Source of the DNA: an uncultured Gemmatimonadales bacterium
GTDB lineage: Bacteria; Gemmatimonadota; Gemmatimonadetes; Longimicrobiales; Longimicrobiaceae
Direction of reading: 5' to 3'
Assembly: GCA_963716255.1 (NCBI GenBank)
Contig: OY970303.1
Span: 7,968,001-8,032,000, forward strand
Length of the DNA stretch: 64,000 bases
Shown: positions 33,507 to 45,168 of the stretch, one piece after another
Position numbering within the stretch: the first letter of the stretch is position 1
Layout: each line of letters begins with the position of its first letter
The notes under the pieces: model-generated
What the model was told of the DNA's origin: nothing
Seen by the model: the letters and a program-made list of their open reading frames with translations, nothing else
The model's database searches: none
Position numbers and translations under genes: made by a program

Positions 33507-35528
33507 ATGAAGCTCCGCGTTTCCGGCGAAGTCTCCGTCCCGGGGGACAAGTCCGTCACCCACCGCGCGCTGATGCTCGCCGCGGCCGCGCGCGGCGGGA
33601 GCCGCCTGCGCGGGCTCCTCCCGGGCGAGGACTGCCGCAGCACCGCCGCGGTGCTGCGCGCGCTCGGCTGCGACGTGCCCGACCTCCCCCGGGACGGCGG
33701 CGAGCTCCGCGTGCGCGGCGGGGGGCTGGACGCGTGGCGCGCGCCGGATGGAGCGCTGGACTGCGGCAACAGCGGCACCACCGCGCGGCTGATGATGGGG
33801 CTCCTGGCCGGGCGGCCGTTCTGCGCCACCCTCACCGGCGACGCCTCGCTACGGGGCCGCCCCATGCGCCGCATCACCGAGCCGCTGTCGCGCATGGGCG
33901 CCGTCTTCCACGAGGAGGGCGGGGCGGACGGGCGCCTCCCCATCCGGGTCTGCGGCGGCGGGCTCGCCGCGGCCGAGCACTTCTCGCCGCAGTCCAGCGC
34001 GCAGGTCAAGAGCGCGCTGCTCCTCGCCGGGCTCTCGGGCGGCGTGGGCGCCACCGTGCACGAGCCCATCCTGTCGCGCGACCACACCGAGCGCATGCTC
34101 CGCGGCCTGGGCGTGGACGTGAGCACCGCCGAAGTGGACGGGGGATGGCGGATCGTCCTCCCGGCGCACCGGGAGCCGCTCCCGGCGCTCGACCTGCGCA
34201 TCCCCGGCGACCCCTCCTCCGCCGCCTTCTTCGCCGCCCTGGCCCTCCTCGCCGACGAGGGGGAGCTGCGCATCACCGGGGTGGGCGTGAACCCCACCCG
34301 CACCGGGATCTTCCGCGTGCTGGCGCGGATGGGCGGCTTCGTGGAGATGCACGGCGCGCGCGAGGAGGGGGGCGAGCCCGTGGCCGACCTGGTGGTGCGA
34401 CCCGCGCGCCTCGTCGCCACCGACGTGGGCGGCGCCGAGATCCCCTCCCTGATCGACGAGGTGCCGGTGCTCGCCGTCCTCGCCGCCCGCGCCGAGGGGG
34501 AGACGCGCATCACCGGCGCCTCCGAGCTGCGGGTCAAGGAAAGCGACCGCATCGCCGTGCTGGTGGAGAACCTGCGCGCGCTCGGCGTCGACGCCGAGGA
34601 GCTCCCGGACGGCATGGTCGTCCGCGGCAGCGACCGCCCGCTGGAGGGCCAGGTGCGCACCGCCGGCGACCACCGCATCGCCATGGCCTTCGGGGTGCTC
34701 GCCGCGCTCCCCGGCAGCCGCATCCGCGTGGACGACCCGGGGTGCGCCGACGTGAGCTTTCCCGGCTTCTGGAGCCTGCTCGGCGCGGCGGCGGGCGCCG
34801 GGTCGTCCTCGGCGGCGGGCGGCGCTCCGGCGACGCCGCGCCGCCACCCCGACGGAGTCATCGTCGCCATCGACGGCCCCGCCGGCTCCGGCAAGAGCTC
34901 CACGGCAAAGGCCGCCGCCGCCGCGCTCGGCTACCGGCACCTGGACTCCGGCGCCTTCTACCGCGCCATCACCCTGGCCGCCCTGCGCGCCGGGATCCCC
35001 GTCGAGCGCTGGGCGTCGCTTTCCGCCCGAGAGCTCGACGCGCTGGGAGTGGAGGGCGCCCCCGCCGGGGCGGGCTTCCGCATGACCGTGCGCGGCGAGG
35101 ACGTGGGGCAGGCGATCCGCGCCCCCGAGGTCAATGCCCACGTCTCGCACATGGCCGCCGTCCCGGCCGTGCGCGAGTGGCTCATGGGCGCGCTGCGCGA
35201 CGCCGGCGCGCGCGGAGGCCTGGTGGCCGACGGGCGCGACATCGGCACCGTGGTGTTCCCCGACGCCGAGCTCAAGGTGTACCTGGTGTGCGCCCCCGAA
35301 GAGCGCGCCCGCCGGCGCCTGCTGGAGCAGGGCGCCGGCGAGCTTTCCGAGGAGGACATCCGCGCCGAGGCGGAGCGGCTGGCGGGGCGCGACACCATCG
35401 ACTCCACGCGCGCCGTGGCGCCCCTCGCGCAGGCCGCCGACGCGGTGCTGCTGGACACCACGAGGCTGGACTTCGGCGAGCAGGTGCAGGCCATCGTGCG
35501 GCTCGCGCGCGAGCGCGCCGGGGGTTGA
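33507..35528 (+). CDS. aroA-cmk: Fused EPSP synthase / cytidylate kinase
   Basis: PGDKSVTHR, GNSGTT, SSAQVKS, RVKESDR, DHRIAM, then IDGPAGSGKSS and ADGRDIGTVVFPDA in one frame. Confidence 0.95.
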   Translation: MKLRVSGEVSVPGDKSVTHRALMLAAAARGGSRLRGLLPGEDCRSTAAVLRALGCDVPDLPRDGGELRVRGGGLDAWRAPDGALDCGNSGTTARLMMGLLAGRPFCATLTGDASLRGRPMRRITEPLSRMGAVFHEEGGADGRLPIRVCGGGLAAAEHFSPQSSAQVKSALLLAGLSGGVGATVHEPILSRDHTERMLRGLGVDVSTAEVDGGWRIVLPAHREPLPALDLRIPGDPSSAAFFAALALLADEGELRITGVGVNPTRTGIFRVLARMGGFVEMHGAREEGGEPVADLVVRPARLVATDVGGAEIPSLIDEVPVLAVLAARAEGETRITGASELRVKESDRIAVLVENLRALGVDAEELPDGMVVRGSDRPLEGQVRTAGDHRIAMAFGVLAALPGSRIRVDDPGCADVSFPGFWSLLGAAAGAGSSSAAGGAPATPRRHPDGVIVAIDGPAGSGKSSTAKAAAAALGYRHLDSGAFYRAITLAALRAGIPVERWASLSARELDALGVEGAPAGAGFRMTVRGEDVGQAIRAPEVNAHVSHMAAVPAVREWLMGALRDAGARGGLVADGRDIGTVVFPDAELKVYLVCAPEERARRRLLEQGAGELSEEDIRAEAERLAGRDTIDSTRAVAPLAQAADAVLLDTTRLDFGEQVQAIVRLARERAGG

Positions 35529-35553
35529 CCCCATACGGCGCGCTTGCTAACTT
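35525..35553 (+). promoter_or_regulatory. Sigma70-like promoter for rpsA
   Basis: TTGACC-N17-TAACTT with a TG extension; -35 overlaps the cmk stop codon. Confidence 0.6.
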
Positions 35554-35662
35554 TTCTTGCTTCGCCGGGAACGTCCCGGCTCACCCTTTCACCCCAGCCT
35601 TCTGCTGTGCGCCGCGCCGCCTGGCCCGCCGGCCCGACAGAACGTGAGGAGCATCCCTTTTA

Positions 35663-37537
<1,875 letters not shown>

Positions 37538-37559
37538 GCCTCTCCGCCGGCTGAAACCG

Positions 37560-37601
37560 GGAGGGCCCGGAGCCGCATGGCTCCGGGCCCTCCTCTTTTT
37601 T
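37560..37601 (+). terminator. Intrinsic terminator of rpsA
   Basis: 15-bp stem ggagggcccggagcc/ggctccgggccctcc followed by tctttttt. Confidence 0.88.
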
Positions 37602-37645
37602 CATGCGGCATCGGCGCTCGCCGGCTGCCGCGTGTGCTCCTGCTT

Positions 37646-37843
37646 CTACTTCAGCTCGGGCCGGTGCGGCGCGCAGCCGATCCAGCGGCGCAGCGGCCTG
37701 CGATTCGCCCGGTCCCGCTCATTCTGCATGCAGTGCCGGCGGGCGATCTCCACCTGCTCCAGGATGCGCTCCCGCAGCTCCTGCATCTCGGCCTGGAGCT
37801 GGCGGAAGCGCTCCTCCTGGCTCTCGAAGTTCAGCATCGACAT
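37646..37843 (-). CDS. Small coiled-coil hypothetical protein (65 aa)
   Basis: MSMLNFESQEERFRQLQAEMQELRERILEQVE...; purine-rich ggaaag just upstream. Confidence 0.5.
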   Translation of the reverse strand: MSMLNFESQEERFRQLQAEMQELRERILEQVEIARRHCMQNERDRANRRPLRRWIGCAPHRPELK

Positions 37844-38325
37844 GGCTTTCCAGCGGGCGGGGTGGTGACCTGCGCGGGGTTCCGGGTGCGTCTGCGAACC
37901 CTGTCGGAGCGTCCTCTTCCGTGCATCCGATGCGGCTCCTCTAGCAGGAGCCGTTCCCGGCCGGCATGACACGGGGATTCACGGCTCCCCCGTGAAACAC
38001 CTGTTCCCATGCGCCTCCCCGGCAATTCCCCATTCCCCAACCCGTTGTGTTCATGTCGCTTACGTCCTCGTCACAGGACATAGGCTGCTCGCTCGGGGTG
38101 ACGCGCGCTTCTGCGTGCGGGCCGGGGTATGACAGGGGAGACCGCCGCCGGGTCACTTTTCGCGCGGGGATGATGTGGAGGGCCGCGGGGAAACGGGGGG
38201 CTGACTCCGGTTTCCCTCAGGCCGGGGGACGTCGTGGCCGGCCCGGGCGAGGAGTTCCGCTCCCGGACCCGCGGGCGAATACGCGGAAGAGCTGACACCC
38301 GGACGAAGCTCGGCCCGGACCTACC

Positions 38326-38354
38326 TTGACGGATTGTATGCGCCGCAATACTGT
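38326..38354 (+). promoter_or_regulatory. Sigma70-like promoter of islet 1
   Basis: TTGACG-gattgta-TGCGCC-gcaa-TACTGT (17-nt spacer). Confidence 0.65.
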
Positions 38355-38412
38355 TTAAAGTTGACGTGCCCCACCCAAGCCCCACTCACATTCCTGCTGC
38401 GCAAAAACAATC

Positions 38413-38715
38413 ATGAGCAAGATGAGAATGATGCCGTTCGTGGCTGCACTCGTGCTGTTTTTCGCCGCTGCCGCACACCATGGAAGCGCCGGCCTGACGA
38501 CGGCCTTCGCTCAGACTCCTTCGTGGTGCGGCCTGTACGCGGGGCCGTATTGCGCCACTCAAAGCTTCTGCAAAGTCCCGGGTGGCCTTACCGGGTGCAT
38601 TCAGTGGGGAATTCGCGCCGTCTACCACCCGAAGACCATTCAGCAGTGCACCGTGCCGGGAACCACCGCGGGAACCGATGAGCAGACGGATTCGTCCGGT
38701 GAGTGCGCGAACTGA
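38413..38715 (+). CDS. Small secreted Cys-rich protein (6 Cys)
   Basis: Signal-like N-terminus ending AFA-Q; mature region WCGLYAGPYCATQSFCKVPGGLTGC...QC...ECAN. Confidence 0.7.
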   Translation: MSKMRMMPFVAALVLFFAAAAHHGSAGLTTAFAQTPSWCGLYAGPYCATQSFCKVPGGLTGCIQWGIRAVYHPKTIQQCTVPGTTAGTDEQTDSSGECAN

Positions 38716-38795
38716 GTAGCCGGGACGGACCGAACCGGAGCATGGGAGCGCGAGATCACGTTTCGCCCGGGCGGGCGATCAACATTCGGAGAATC

Positions 38796-39296
38796 ATGTC
38801 TGTTCCACGACGGCAGACCCTCTTTGTCGCCGCCTCGTCGCTGGTCGTGCTCCTGTGCACGGCGGTCCTCGTCTGGGCACCGCAACCGGAGCTGGTGAGC
38901 AGCCTGCCGGCTTTCTCCACCGCGAGTGTACCGTATCGAGCGTACGTCATCTTCCGCGATGGTGACTGCGACGGGAACCTGTCCTTCGTACAGCTCTTCC
39001 AGCGGCCACGATACAGAGCCGCCTTCCATCTCACCGGCGTCCTGCTCGATGCCGCACCCGACGACCCGGACGTGCGATCGAAGCTGAAGCGCTCCGGCGT
39101 GACCATGGACATGGCACGAGCAGACCGGACGCTGCGGCGGGCGGTTGCGCAGCTATCCCCGGAGCCCGGCCCGCTCCTGGTGGTCGTCGATCGGGACGGC
39201 AGACTGCGAGTGGTGAGCATGACTCCCAAATCCCCTTCCGAGACCCGCCAGTTCATTGCGCTGCTCAACTCGTTTGCTGCAGCCGAGCCATCATGA
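38796..39296 (+). CDS. Membrane-anchored thioredoxin-like protein (tentative)
   Basis: RBS ggaga; N-terminal TM; YVIFRDGDCDGN (degenerate CxxC position); PGPLLVVVDRDGRLRVV typical of the fold's C-terminus. Confidence 0.55.
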   Translation: MSVPRRQTLFVAASSLVVLLCTAVLVWAPQPELVSSLPAFSTASVPYRAYVIFRDGDCDGNLSFVQLFQRPRYRAAFHLTGVLLDAAPDDPDVRSKLKRSGVTMDMARADRTLRRAVAQLSPEPGPLLVVVDRDGRLRVVSMTPKSPSETRQFIALLNSFAAAEPS

Positions 39297-40393
39297 CGGC
39301 ATTCGCGTTTCAGCGTCGCATGCGGATACACACGCGCACCATACTGCTTTCCACGGTTCTTTGTACGGCAGGCATGGGGGCGTGCGGGCATGACGCATCT
39401 CGTGGGCTCGCGGACTCTGCGGGTGAACGGACGTTCTCCGCGAGTTCGCGCGCTCGCAAGTTCAGGGAGGTCGAATGGAAGGTCCTGTGGGAACGCGGAG
39501 GAACGGAAAGTGACACCGTTCTCCTCATGCCTTCCGAGCTTGTTGCCGATGAACGGTACGCTTACGTCTTCGACATGGCCGAGGATCGGCTCGTGGCGTT
39601 CCGGGCCGCGGACGGCTCGGTCGCGTGGTCGGTGGGCCGGGAAGGGAGCGGGCCCGAGGAATTCAGGAAGGCGGAGGACGTGGCGATTCGGCCGGCGGGA
39701 GATCTGCTGCTGGCGGATCCCAACAACAACCGGCTCACGACCGTGAACCGGGACGGGAAGGTGTCGGGCCATACGCCGCTCGACGCGGTCCCGTACGCGA
39801 CCTCGACGTGTTCGCTGGCGAACGGGCAGGTTCTCGTTTCCACGCTCGGTTCGTTGACGGGCCTCATCCTCCGCCTTTCGCCGGAGGGCAAAGTGATGGC
39901 GGAATCGTATCTTCCCTGGCCCGACCTCAAGGACGCGCCTGCCATCGTTCAACAGGGCTTCTTCGTCCGCAGCCCCGACGACCGGTGTATCTACGTTCTC
40001 TCGCTGGGCCGCGGATACGCGGTCCACGACGGAACCGCGTTCCAGCCGCCGGTGGCGTTCGTGGAGTCGTTCGACCTGCCGACGGTTCAGCTCATTCCGG
40101 GTGAGGGGGGGGCGCCCCCCTCGGCTCGTATCAACGACAACACGGAGGCGGCCGTGGGTGCCGGGGCCGACGACGAGACCCTGGCGATCGCCTTCTGGGG
40201 AAAGACCAAGGACAGGGGTGAACTGATCGACGTCTATTCCCTGGACCGGGGGGAATACCTGCATTCCTATCTCGCTCCGACGGTGTTCAAGCGCATGGCC
40301 AGGGCGGGCAACACCTTCTTCTTCGAGACCCAGCGGAACGGGTACCCGGCCCTGATCGCCGCCGAGCTGCGCGAGAAGACGCCGGCGAGATAG
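39293..40393 (+). CDS. 6-bladed beta-propeller (NHL-like) lipoprotein
   Basis: Lipobox-like GMGAC; VGREGSGPEEF, LLLADPNNNRL blades; ATGA overlap with upstream gene. Confidence 0.8.
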   Translation: MTAFAFQRRMRIHTRTILLSTVLCTAGMGACGHDASRGLADSAGERTFSASSRARKFREVEWKVLWERGGTESDTVLLMPSELVADERYAYVFDMAEDRLVAFRAADGSVAWSVGREGSGPEEFRKAEDVAIRPAGDLLLADPNNNRLTTVNRDGKVSGHTPLDAVPYATSTCSLANGQVLVSTLGSLTGLILRLSPEGKVMAESYLPWPDLKDAPAIVQQGFFVRSPDDRCIYVLSLGRGYAVHDGTAFQPPVAFVESFDLPTVQLIPGEGGAPPSARINDNTEAAVGAGADDETLAIAFWGKTKDRGELIDVYSLDRGEYLHSYLAPTVFKRMARAGNTFFFETQRNGYPALIAAELREKTPAR

Positions 40394-40557
40394 ACGTCCG
40401 GATCGGAAGGGTTCAGGTTGGCGAGGGGCTCCTGCGACGACGGGAGCCCTTCGTCGCGTAGGGTGCCGGGGTGCGAAAACCGGCCACGCGTGCTAGATTT
40501 CCGCCTTTCCGTGCAGGGCCGGCGATATCTTCACACGCACACCACGGGCGACGCGCG

Positions 40558-42108
40558 ATGTCGATGCGGGAGAAGCTGGAGAAGCTGGAGGCGCTCCGCC
40601 GCGAGGCGGAGCTGGGCGGCGGCGAAAAGCGCATCAAGCAGCAGCACGAGCGCGGCAAGCTGACCGCTCGCGAAAGGCTGGACGTGCTGCTGGACGAGGG
40701 CTCGTTCGTGGAGCTGGACCGCTTCGTCGTGCACCGCGCCAGCGACTTCGGCCTGGACCGGGAAAAGTACCTGGGCGACGGCGTGGTCACCGGCTACGGC
40801 GCCATCCACGGCCGCCTGGTCTACGTGTTCTCCCAGGACTTCACCGTCTTCGGCGGCTCGCTCTCCGAGGCGCACGCGGAAAAGATCATCAAGATCATGG
40901 ACCTGGCGCTCAAGAACGGCGCGCCGGTCATCGGCCTCAACGATTCGGGCGGGGCGCGCATCCAGGAGGGCGTGGTCTCGCTGGGAGGCTACGCCGACAT
41001 CTTCCTGCGCAACACCCTGGCGTCCGGCGTGGTGCCGCAGATCTCCGCCATCCTGGGCCCCTGCGCGGGGGGCGCGGTCTACAGCCCGGCGATCACCGAC
41101 TTCATCTACATGGTGCAGGGCTCAAGCTACATGTTCGTCACCGGGCCCAACGTGGTGAAGACGGTGACGCACGAGGACGTGACCATGGAGGAGCTGGGCG
41201 GCGCCGCCACCCACGCGGCGAAGTCCGGCGTCGCCCACTTCGCGGTGAAGACCGAGGTGGAGTGCCTGCACGGCATCCGCAAGCTCTTCGAGTACGTGCC
41301 GCAGAACAACGCGGAGGACCCGCCGTCCCGCCCCACGGACGACCCCTTTGACCGCGGCGACGAGGAGCTGCTGGACATCGTCCCCGACAACCCCAACAAG
41401 CCGTACGACATGCACGACGTCATCCGGCGCGTGGTGGACGACGGCGACTTCTACGAGGTGCACGCGGACTACGCGGGGAACATCCTCTGCGGCTTCGCGC
41501 ACGTGGGGGGGCACTCGGTGGGGATCGTGGCCAACCAGCCGGCGGTGCTCGCGGGGGTGCTGGACATCGACGCGTCGGTGAAGGCGGCGCGCTTCGTCCG
41601 CTTCTGCGACTGCTTCAACGTTCCGCTGCTCACCTTCGAGGACGTTCCGGGCTTCCTCCCCGGGGTGACGCAGGAGCACGGGGGCATCATCCGCCACGGG
41701 GCCAAGCTGCTCTTCGCCTACTGCGAGGCCACGGTCCCCAAGGTGACCATCATCACCCGCAAAGCGTACGGCGGTGCCTACGACGTCATGTCGTCCAAGC
41801 ACATCCGCGGCGACGTCAACTACGCCTGGCCCACGGCCGAGATCGCCGTGATGGGCGCCAAGGGCGCGGTGGAGATCCTCTACCGCCGCGAGATCTCCGG
41901 CGCCGAGGACCCCGCCGCCGCCGCCGCCGCGCGCCAGCAGGAGTACGCGGACCGCTTCGCCAACCCGTACGCCGCCGCCGCGCGCGGCTACGTGGACGAC
42001 GTGATCGACCCGCGGGAGACGCGCGCCCGGGTCATCAGCGCGCTCGACATGCTGCGCAACAAGCGGGACTCCAACCCGCCCAAGAAGCACGCGAACATCC
42101 CGTTGTAG
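40558..42108 (+). CDS. pccB: Propionyl/acyl-CoA carboxylase carboxyltransferase subunit
   Basis: [47 protein letters not shown]. Confidence 0.93.
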   Translation: MSMREKLEKLEALRREAELGGGEKRIKQQHERGKLTARERLDVLLDEGSFVELDRFVVHRASDFGLDREKYLGDGVVTGYGAIHGRLVYVFSQDFTVFGGSLSEAHAEKIIKIMDLALKNGAPVIGLNDSGGARIQEGVVSLGGYADIFLRNTLASGVVPQISAILGPCAGGAVYSPAITDFIYMVQGSSYMFVTGPNVVKTVTHEDVTMEELGGAATHAAKSGVAHFAVKTEVECLHGIRKLFEYVPQNNAEDPPSRPTDDPFDRGDEELLDIVPDNPNKPYDMHDVIRRVVDDGDFYEVHADYAGNILCGFAHVGGHSVGIVANQPAVLAGVLDIDASVKAARFVRFCDCFNVPLLTFEDVPGFLPGVTQEHGGIIRHGAKLLFAYCEATVPKVTIITRKAYGGAYDVMSSKHIRGDVNYAWPTAEIAVMGAKGAVEILYRREISGAEDPAAAAAARQQEYADRFANPYAAAARGYVDDVIDPRETRARVISALDMLRNKRDSNPPKKHANIPL

Positions 42109-42193
42109 AGCCGGCAGCCCGGCGCCTCCACCCACCCCGGCGGGCACACGGCCCGCCGGTTCTTCATCCATCCGCCACGCAGAGACTTCCGCA

Positions 42194-43366
42194 GTGACCC
42201 GCACCCTCCTGATCGCCGCAGCCCTTTCCGCTCTCGCGGCCTCCGCGGCCCATGCCCAGTCCGACTCGATCTTCGCCGTCAACAGCGCCGGCACCAACCT
42301 CCTCCGCCTGAACACCGACGCCGGCCTGGTGGTGCGCGGCACCGCGAGCAGCGGCGACATCCCCGCGACGGGAGAGGGCGTGCGCATGATGTGGTTCCCC
42401 GGCCGCTGGGCGTTCCGCGCCGGCAAGGTGGAAAGCTTCGGCAGCGGCTACTGGGACCTGAGCAACGTCGGCTTCGGCTCGGCTGCGTTCGGCGAGAACA
42501 CGCGCGCCCGGGGGAACAACTCCTTCGCGACGGGGCTCACGACCACCGCGTCCGGCAACGAGTCCATCGCCCTGGGCAACAGCGGCACGGCCAGCGGCGA
42601 GCGCGCCTTCGCCTTCAACGGCACGGCGTCCGGCGTGGGCGCGGTCGCCATCGGCTCGGGGGCGCAGGCCACGAACGACGACGCGATGGCGATGGGACCC
42701 AGCTCCATCGCCGGCGGGCTCGCCAGCATCGTCCTGGGGCCCAGCATCGCGAACGGCTCCTTCGGCGTCGCCATCGGACTGCAGAACAGCGCCAGCGGCA
42801 ACTTCTCCGTCGCCATCGGCAAGAACGCGCGCACGGCGAACCGCCAGGGCTCGGTGGTGCTCGGCGACGGCTGCGCGGGGTTCTCGTCGGACTCCGTGTA
42901 TCCCACGGCCAACAACCAGTTCGTGGCCCGCGGCTGCGGCGGGATCCGGTTCTTCACGTCGCAGAACCTCTCGTCCGGCGTGGAAGTGGCGGCGGGCGGC
43001 GGGTCGTGGAGCAGCGTCTCGGACCGCAACCGCAAGGAGAACTTCCTTTCGTTCGGCGGCGAGGAGGTGCTGATGCGGCTCCGGGGCGTGCCCGTCACCA
43101 CCTGGAACTACAAGACGCAGGACCGCAGCATCCGGCACATGGGCCCCACGGCGCAGGACTTCCGCGCCGCCTTCGGCCTGGGCGAGAGCGAGCTGCTGAT
43201 CAACACGGTGGACATCGACGGCGTCAACCTCGCGGCGGTCAAGGCGCTGGAGGCGCGCACGGCGGCGCAGCAGGCGCGCATCACGCAGCTGGAGGCGCGC
43301 AACGCCTCGCTGGAGCAGCGTCTCGCCCGGCTGGAAGCGCTGGTCGCGGGCGCCGCGCCGCGGTAG
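42194..43366 (+). CDS. Secreted fibre/adhesin-like protein with YadA-head-like repeats and C-terminal peptidase S74 intramolecular chaperone
   Basis: Signal peptide; ASGxxSxAIG repeats; SSVSDRNRKENF, HMGPTAQDF, C-terminal coiled coil. Confidence 0.85.
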   Translation: MTRTLLIAAALSALAASAAHAQSDSIFAVNSAGTNLLRLNTDAGLVVRGTASSGDIPATGEGVRMMWFPGRWAFRAGKVESFGSGYWDLSNVGFGSAAFGENTRARGNNSFATGLTTTASGNESIALGNSGTASGERAFAFNGTASGVGAVAIGSGAQATNDDAMAMGPSSIAGGLASIVLGPSIANGSFGVAIGLQNSASGNFSVAIGKNARTANRQGSVVLGDGCAGFSSDSVYPTANNQFVARGCGGIRFFTSQNLSSGVEVAAGGGSWSSVSDRNRKENFLSFGGEEVLMRLRGVPVTTWNYKTQDRSIRHMGPTAQDFRAAFGLGESELLINTVDIDGVNLAAVKALEARTAAQQARITQLEARNASLEQRLARLEALVAGAAPR

Positions 43367-43443
43367 GGCGGGAAGAGCTTGCCGCCCTACCGGCGGGATT
43401 GTACGTTCACGCGTACGGAGGAACGCACAATCCGGAGGATGCC

Positions 43444-43728
43444 ATGCGCAGGCCCAACCTCGACGAGGACGTGCAGCCGGTGTCGGAGTTCCGCGCGAAC
43501 GCGGCAAAGTTCGTGCAGCGGGTGCGCGAGACGCGGCGCCCGCTGGTGCTGACGCAGCACGGGAAGAGCGCCGCCGTTCTCATGGACGTGGGGGAGTACG
43601 AGAAGATGCTCGACACCATCGAGCTGCTCCGAGCCGTGAACGACGGGGAGCGCCGGGTCGAGGCGGGTCGGGTCGTCGACCACGACGAGGCCATGGCCCA
43701 GCTTCTCGAAAAGTACAAGGGCAGGTGA
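43444..43728 (+). CDS. Phd/YefM family antitoxin
   Basis: RBS ggagg; PVSEFRAN...RPLVLTQHGKSAAVLMDVGEYE. Confidence 0.88.
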   Translation: MRRPNLDEDVQPVSEFRANAAKFVQRVRETRRPLVLTQHGKSAAVLMDVGEYEKMLDTIELLRAVNDGERRVEAGRVVDHDEAMAQLLEKYKGR

Positions 43729-43761
43729 GGGCCCACCGGATCCCAGCGCGATGAGGCTGAC

Positions 43762-44481
43762 ATGGCCGAGCCGACGATCGACGACCTGCTGCTGAACCAC
43801 TCCCCCGAGGTGCGGGAGCTGACGCTGCGCGCCTGCCACCTGGTGCGCAGCGTGCTCCCGGACGCCCGGGAAAAAGTGCACCTGGGGTGGAAGAACATCG
43901 TGTTCGGCACGGGGACGAAGATGGGCGACATGATCTTCGTGGTGACGCCGCTCAAGGAGCGGGTGAACATCCACCTGGCGGGCGCGGGCCTGGACGACCC
44001 CATGGGGCTGCTGGAGGGGAAGGGGAAGGCGGGCCGCCACGTCAAGATCGGCTCCGTGGACGACCTGGAGAACCCGGCGCTCTTCGGGCTGCTGGAGCAG
44101 GCGGTGGAGGCGCACGCCCTCCCCGCGGCGGAGCGCGATGCCAGGGCCGGACCGCCCGTCGACGGCTACCGCGCCTACGGGAGCAGGACGGTGGGCGTGC
44201 CGGTGGAGAGGCTGTTCCAGGCGTGGACGGACGACGCCGTCCGCGCCGGGTGGCTGGGCGAGGGCAGGCTCGCCATCCGCGGCGCGACGGCGAACAAGTC
44301 GCTCCGGGCGCGCTGGGAGGATGGAACGCCGGTGGACGTTCGCTTCACCGCCAAGGGCGAGGCGAAGAGCGAGGTGACCGTGGACCACCGCCAGATCACG
44401 GACGAAGCGGCCGCGGCGGCGCAGAAACAGACGTGGAAGGGCCACCTCGACCGGCTCAAGGCGGAGCTGGAGCGCACCTGA
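43762..44481 (+). CDS. DUF1801-like domain fused to an SRPBCC-like domain
   Basis: LDDPMGLLEGKGKAGRHVKI; C-terminal VERLFQAWTD...W...LKAELE. Confidence 0.7.
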   Translation: MAEPTIDDLLLNHSPEVRELTLRACHLVRSVLPDAREKVHLGWKNIVFGTGTKMGDMIFVVTPLKERVNIHLAGAGLDDPMGLLEGKGKAGRHVKIGSVDDLENPALFGLLEQAVEAHALPAAERDARAGPPVDGYRAYGSRTVGVPVERLFQAWTDDAVRAGWLGEGRLAIRGATANKSLRARWEDGTPVDVRFTAKGEAKSEVTVDHRQITDEAAAAAQKQTWKGHLDRLKAELERT

Positions 44482-44501
44482 CCTTCACGCGGAGAGCCGG
44501 C

Positions 44502-44759
44502 ATGTCTCACAGCTACGGGGCCATCCTGCGAGGCGACCGGCTGGAATGGCTGGGAAGCTCGCCGGGGTCGGACGGGCCGCTGCCGGTCGAGGTGATCGTC
44601 CAGGAGCACGCGGCGCCCGGACGCGATCGCAGCGACGGGGCCGCCATGGCGGCGGCGCTGGAGGAGGTCGCCGCCTCCCCCATCTACCGGAGGCACGAGG
44701 ATCCCGTCCGGTGGCAGCGCATGGTGCGCGAGGACCGTCCGCTCCCCGGGCGCGACTGA
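44502..44759 (+). CDS. Probable antitoxin partner of the VapC toxin
   Basis: 85 aa directly upstream of the PIN gene; ends DPVRWQRMVREDRPLPGRD. Confidence 0.65.
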   Translation: MSHSYGAILRGDRLEWLGSSPGSDGPLPVEVIVQEHAAPGRDRSDGAAMAAALEEVAASPIYRRHEDPVRWQRMVREDRPLPGRD

Positions 44760-44763
44760 TTCG

Positions 44764-45129
44764 ATGCTGCTGGACAGCAACATCGTCATCTACGCGCTGC
44801 TGCCGGAGCACGGGTCGCTGCGGCGGCTGATCGCGGAGCACTCGCCGAGCGTGTCCGCGGTGTCGTACGTGGAGGTGCTGGGCTACCACGGCCTGACGGC
44901 CGGCGAGCGGGCAGCATTCGAGAAGTTCTTCGCGGCCGCCCGCGTCCTGCCGCTCGGGAGCGACGTGGTCCTGCGGGCCACGCAGCTCCGCCAGTCGCGC
45001 AAGATGACGCTGGGGGACGCGCTCATCGCCGCGACGGCGCTGGAGTTCGGGCTGAGGCTGGTGACGCACAACGTGCGGGACTACCGCTGGATCGAAGGGC
45101 TGGAGCTGCTGGACCCGCTGGCCGAGTGA
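44764..45129 (+). CDS. vapC: VapC-family PIN domain toxin
   Basis: MLLDSNIVIY, SYVEVL, DALIAATAL, LVTHNVRDY. Confidence 0.92.
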   Translation: MLLDSNIVIYALLPEHGSLRRLIAEHSPSVSAVSYVEVLGYHGLTAGERAAFEKFFAAARVLPLGSDVVLRATQLRQSRKMTLGDALIAATALEFGLRLVTHNVRDYRWIEGLELLDPLAE

Positions 45130-45168
45130 GCGGGCACCCATGATCGCGAGCGAAGGGGAAGCGAGCCT

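Noticed and set aside
37950..38320. Short ORFs or an RNA gene upstream of islet 1
   Set aside because: No convincing RBS, motif or recognisable RNA structure; only small hairpins.
38413..38715. Lanthipeptide or ranthipeptide precursor
   Set aside because: Sec-type signal peptide, and no LanM/LanB/radical SAM/YcaO enzyme or peptidase-ABC transporter nearby; disulfides are more likely.
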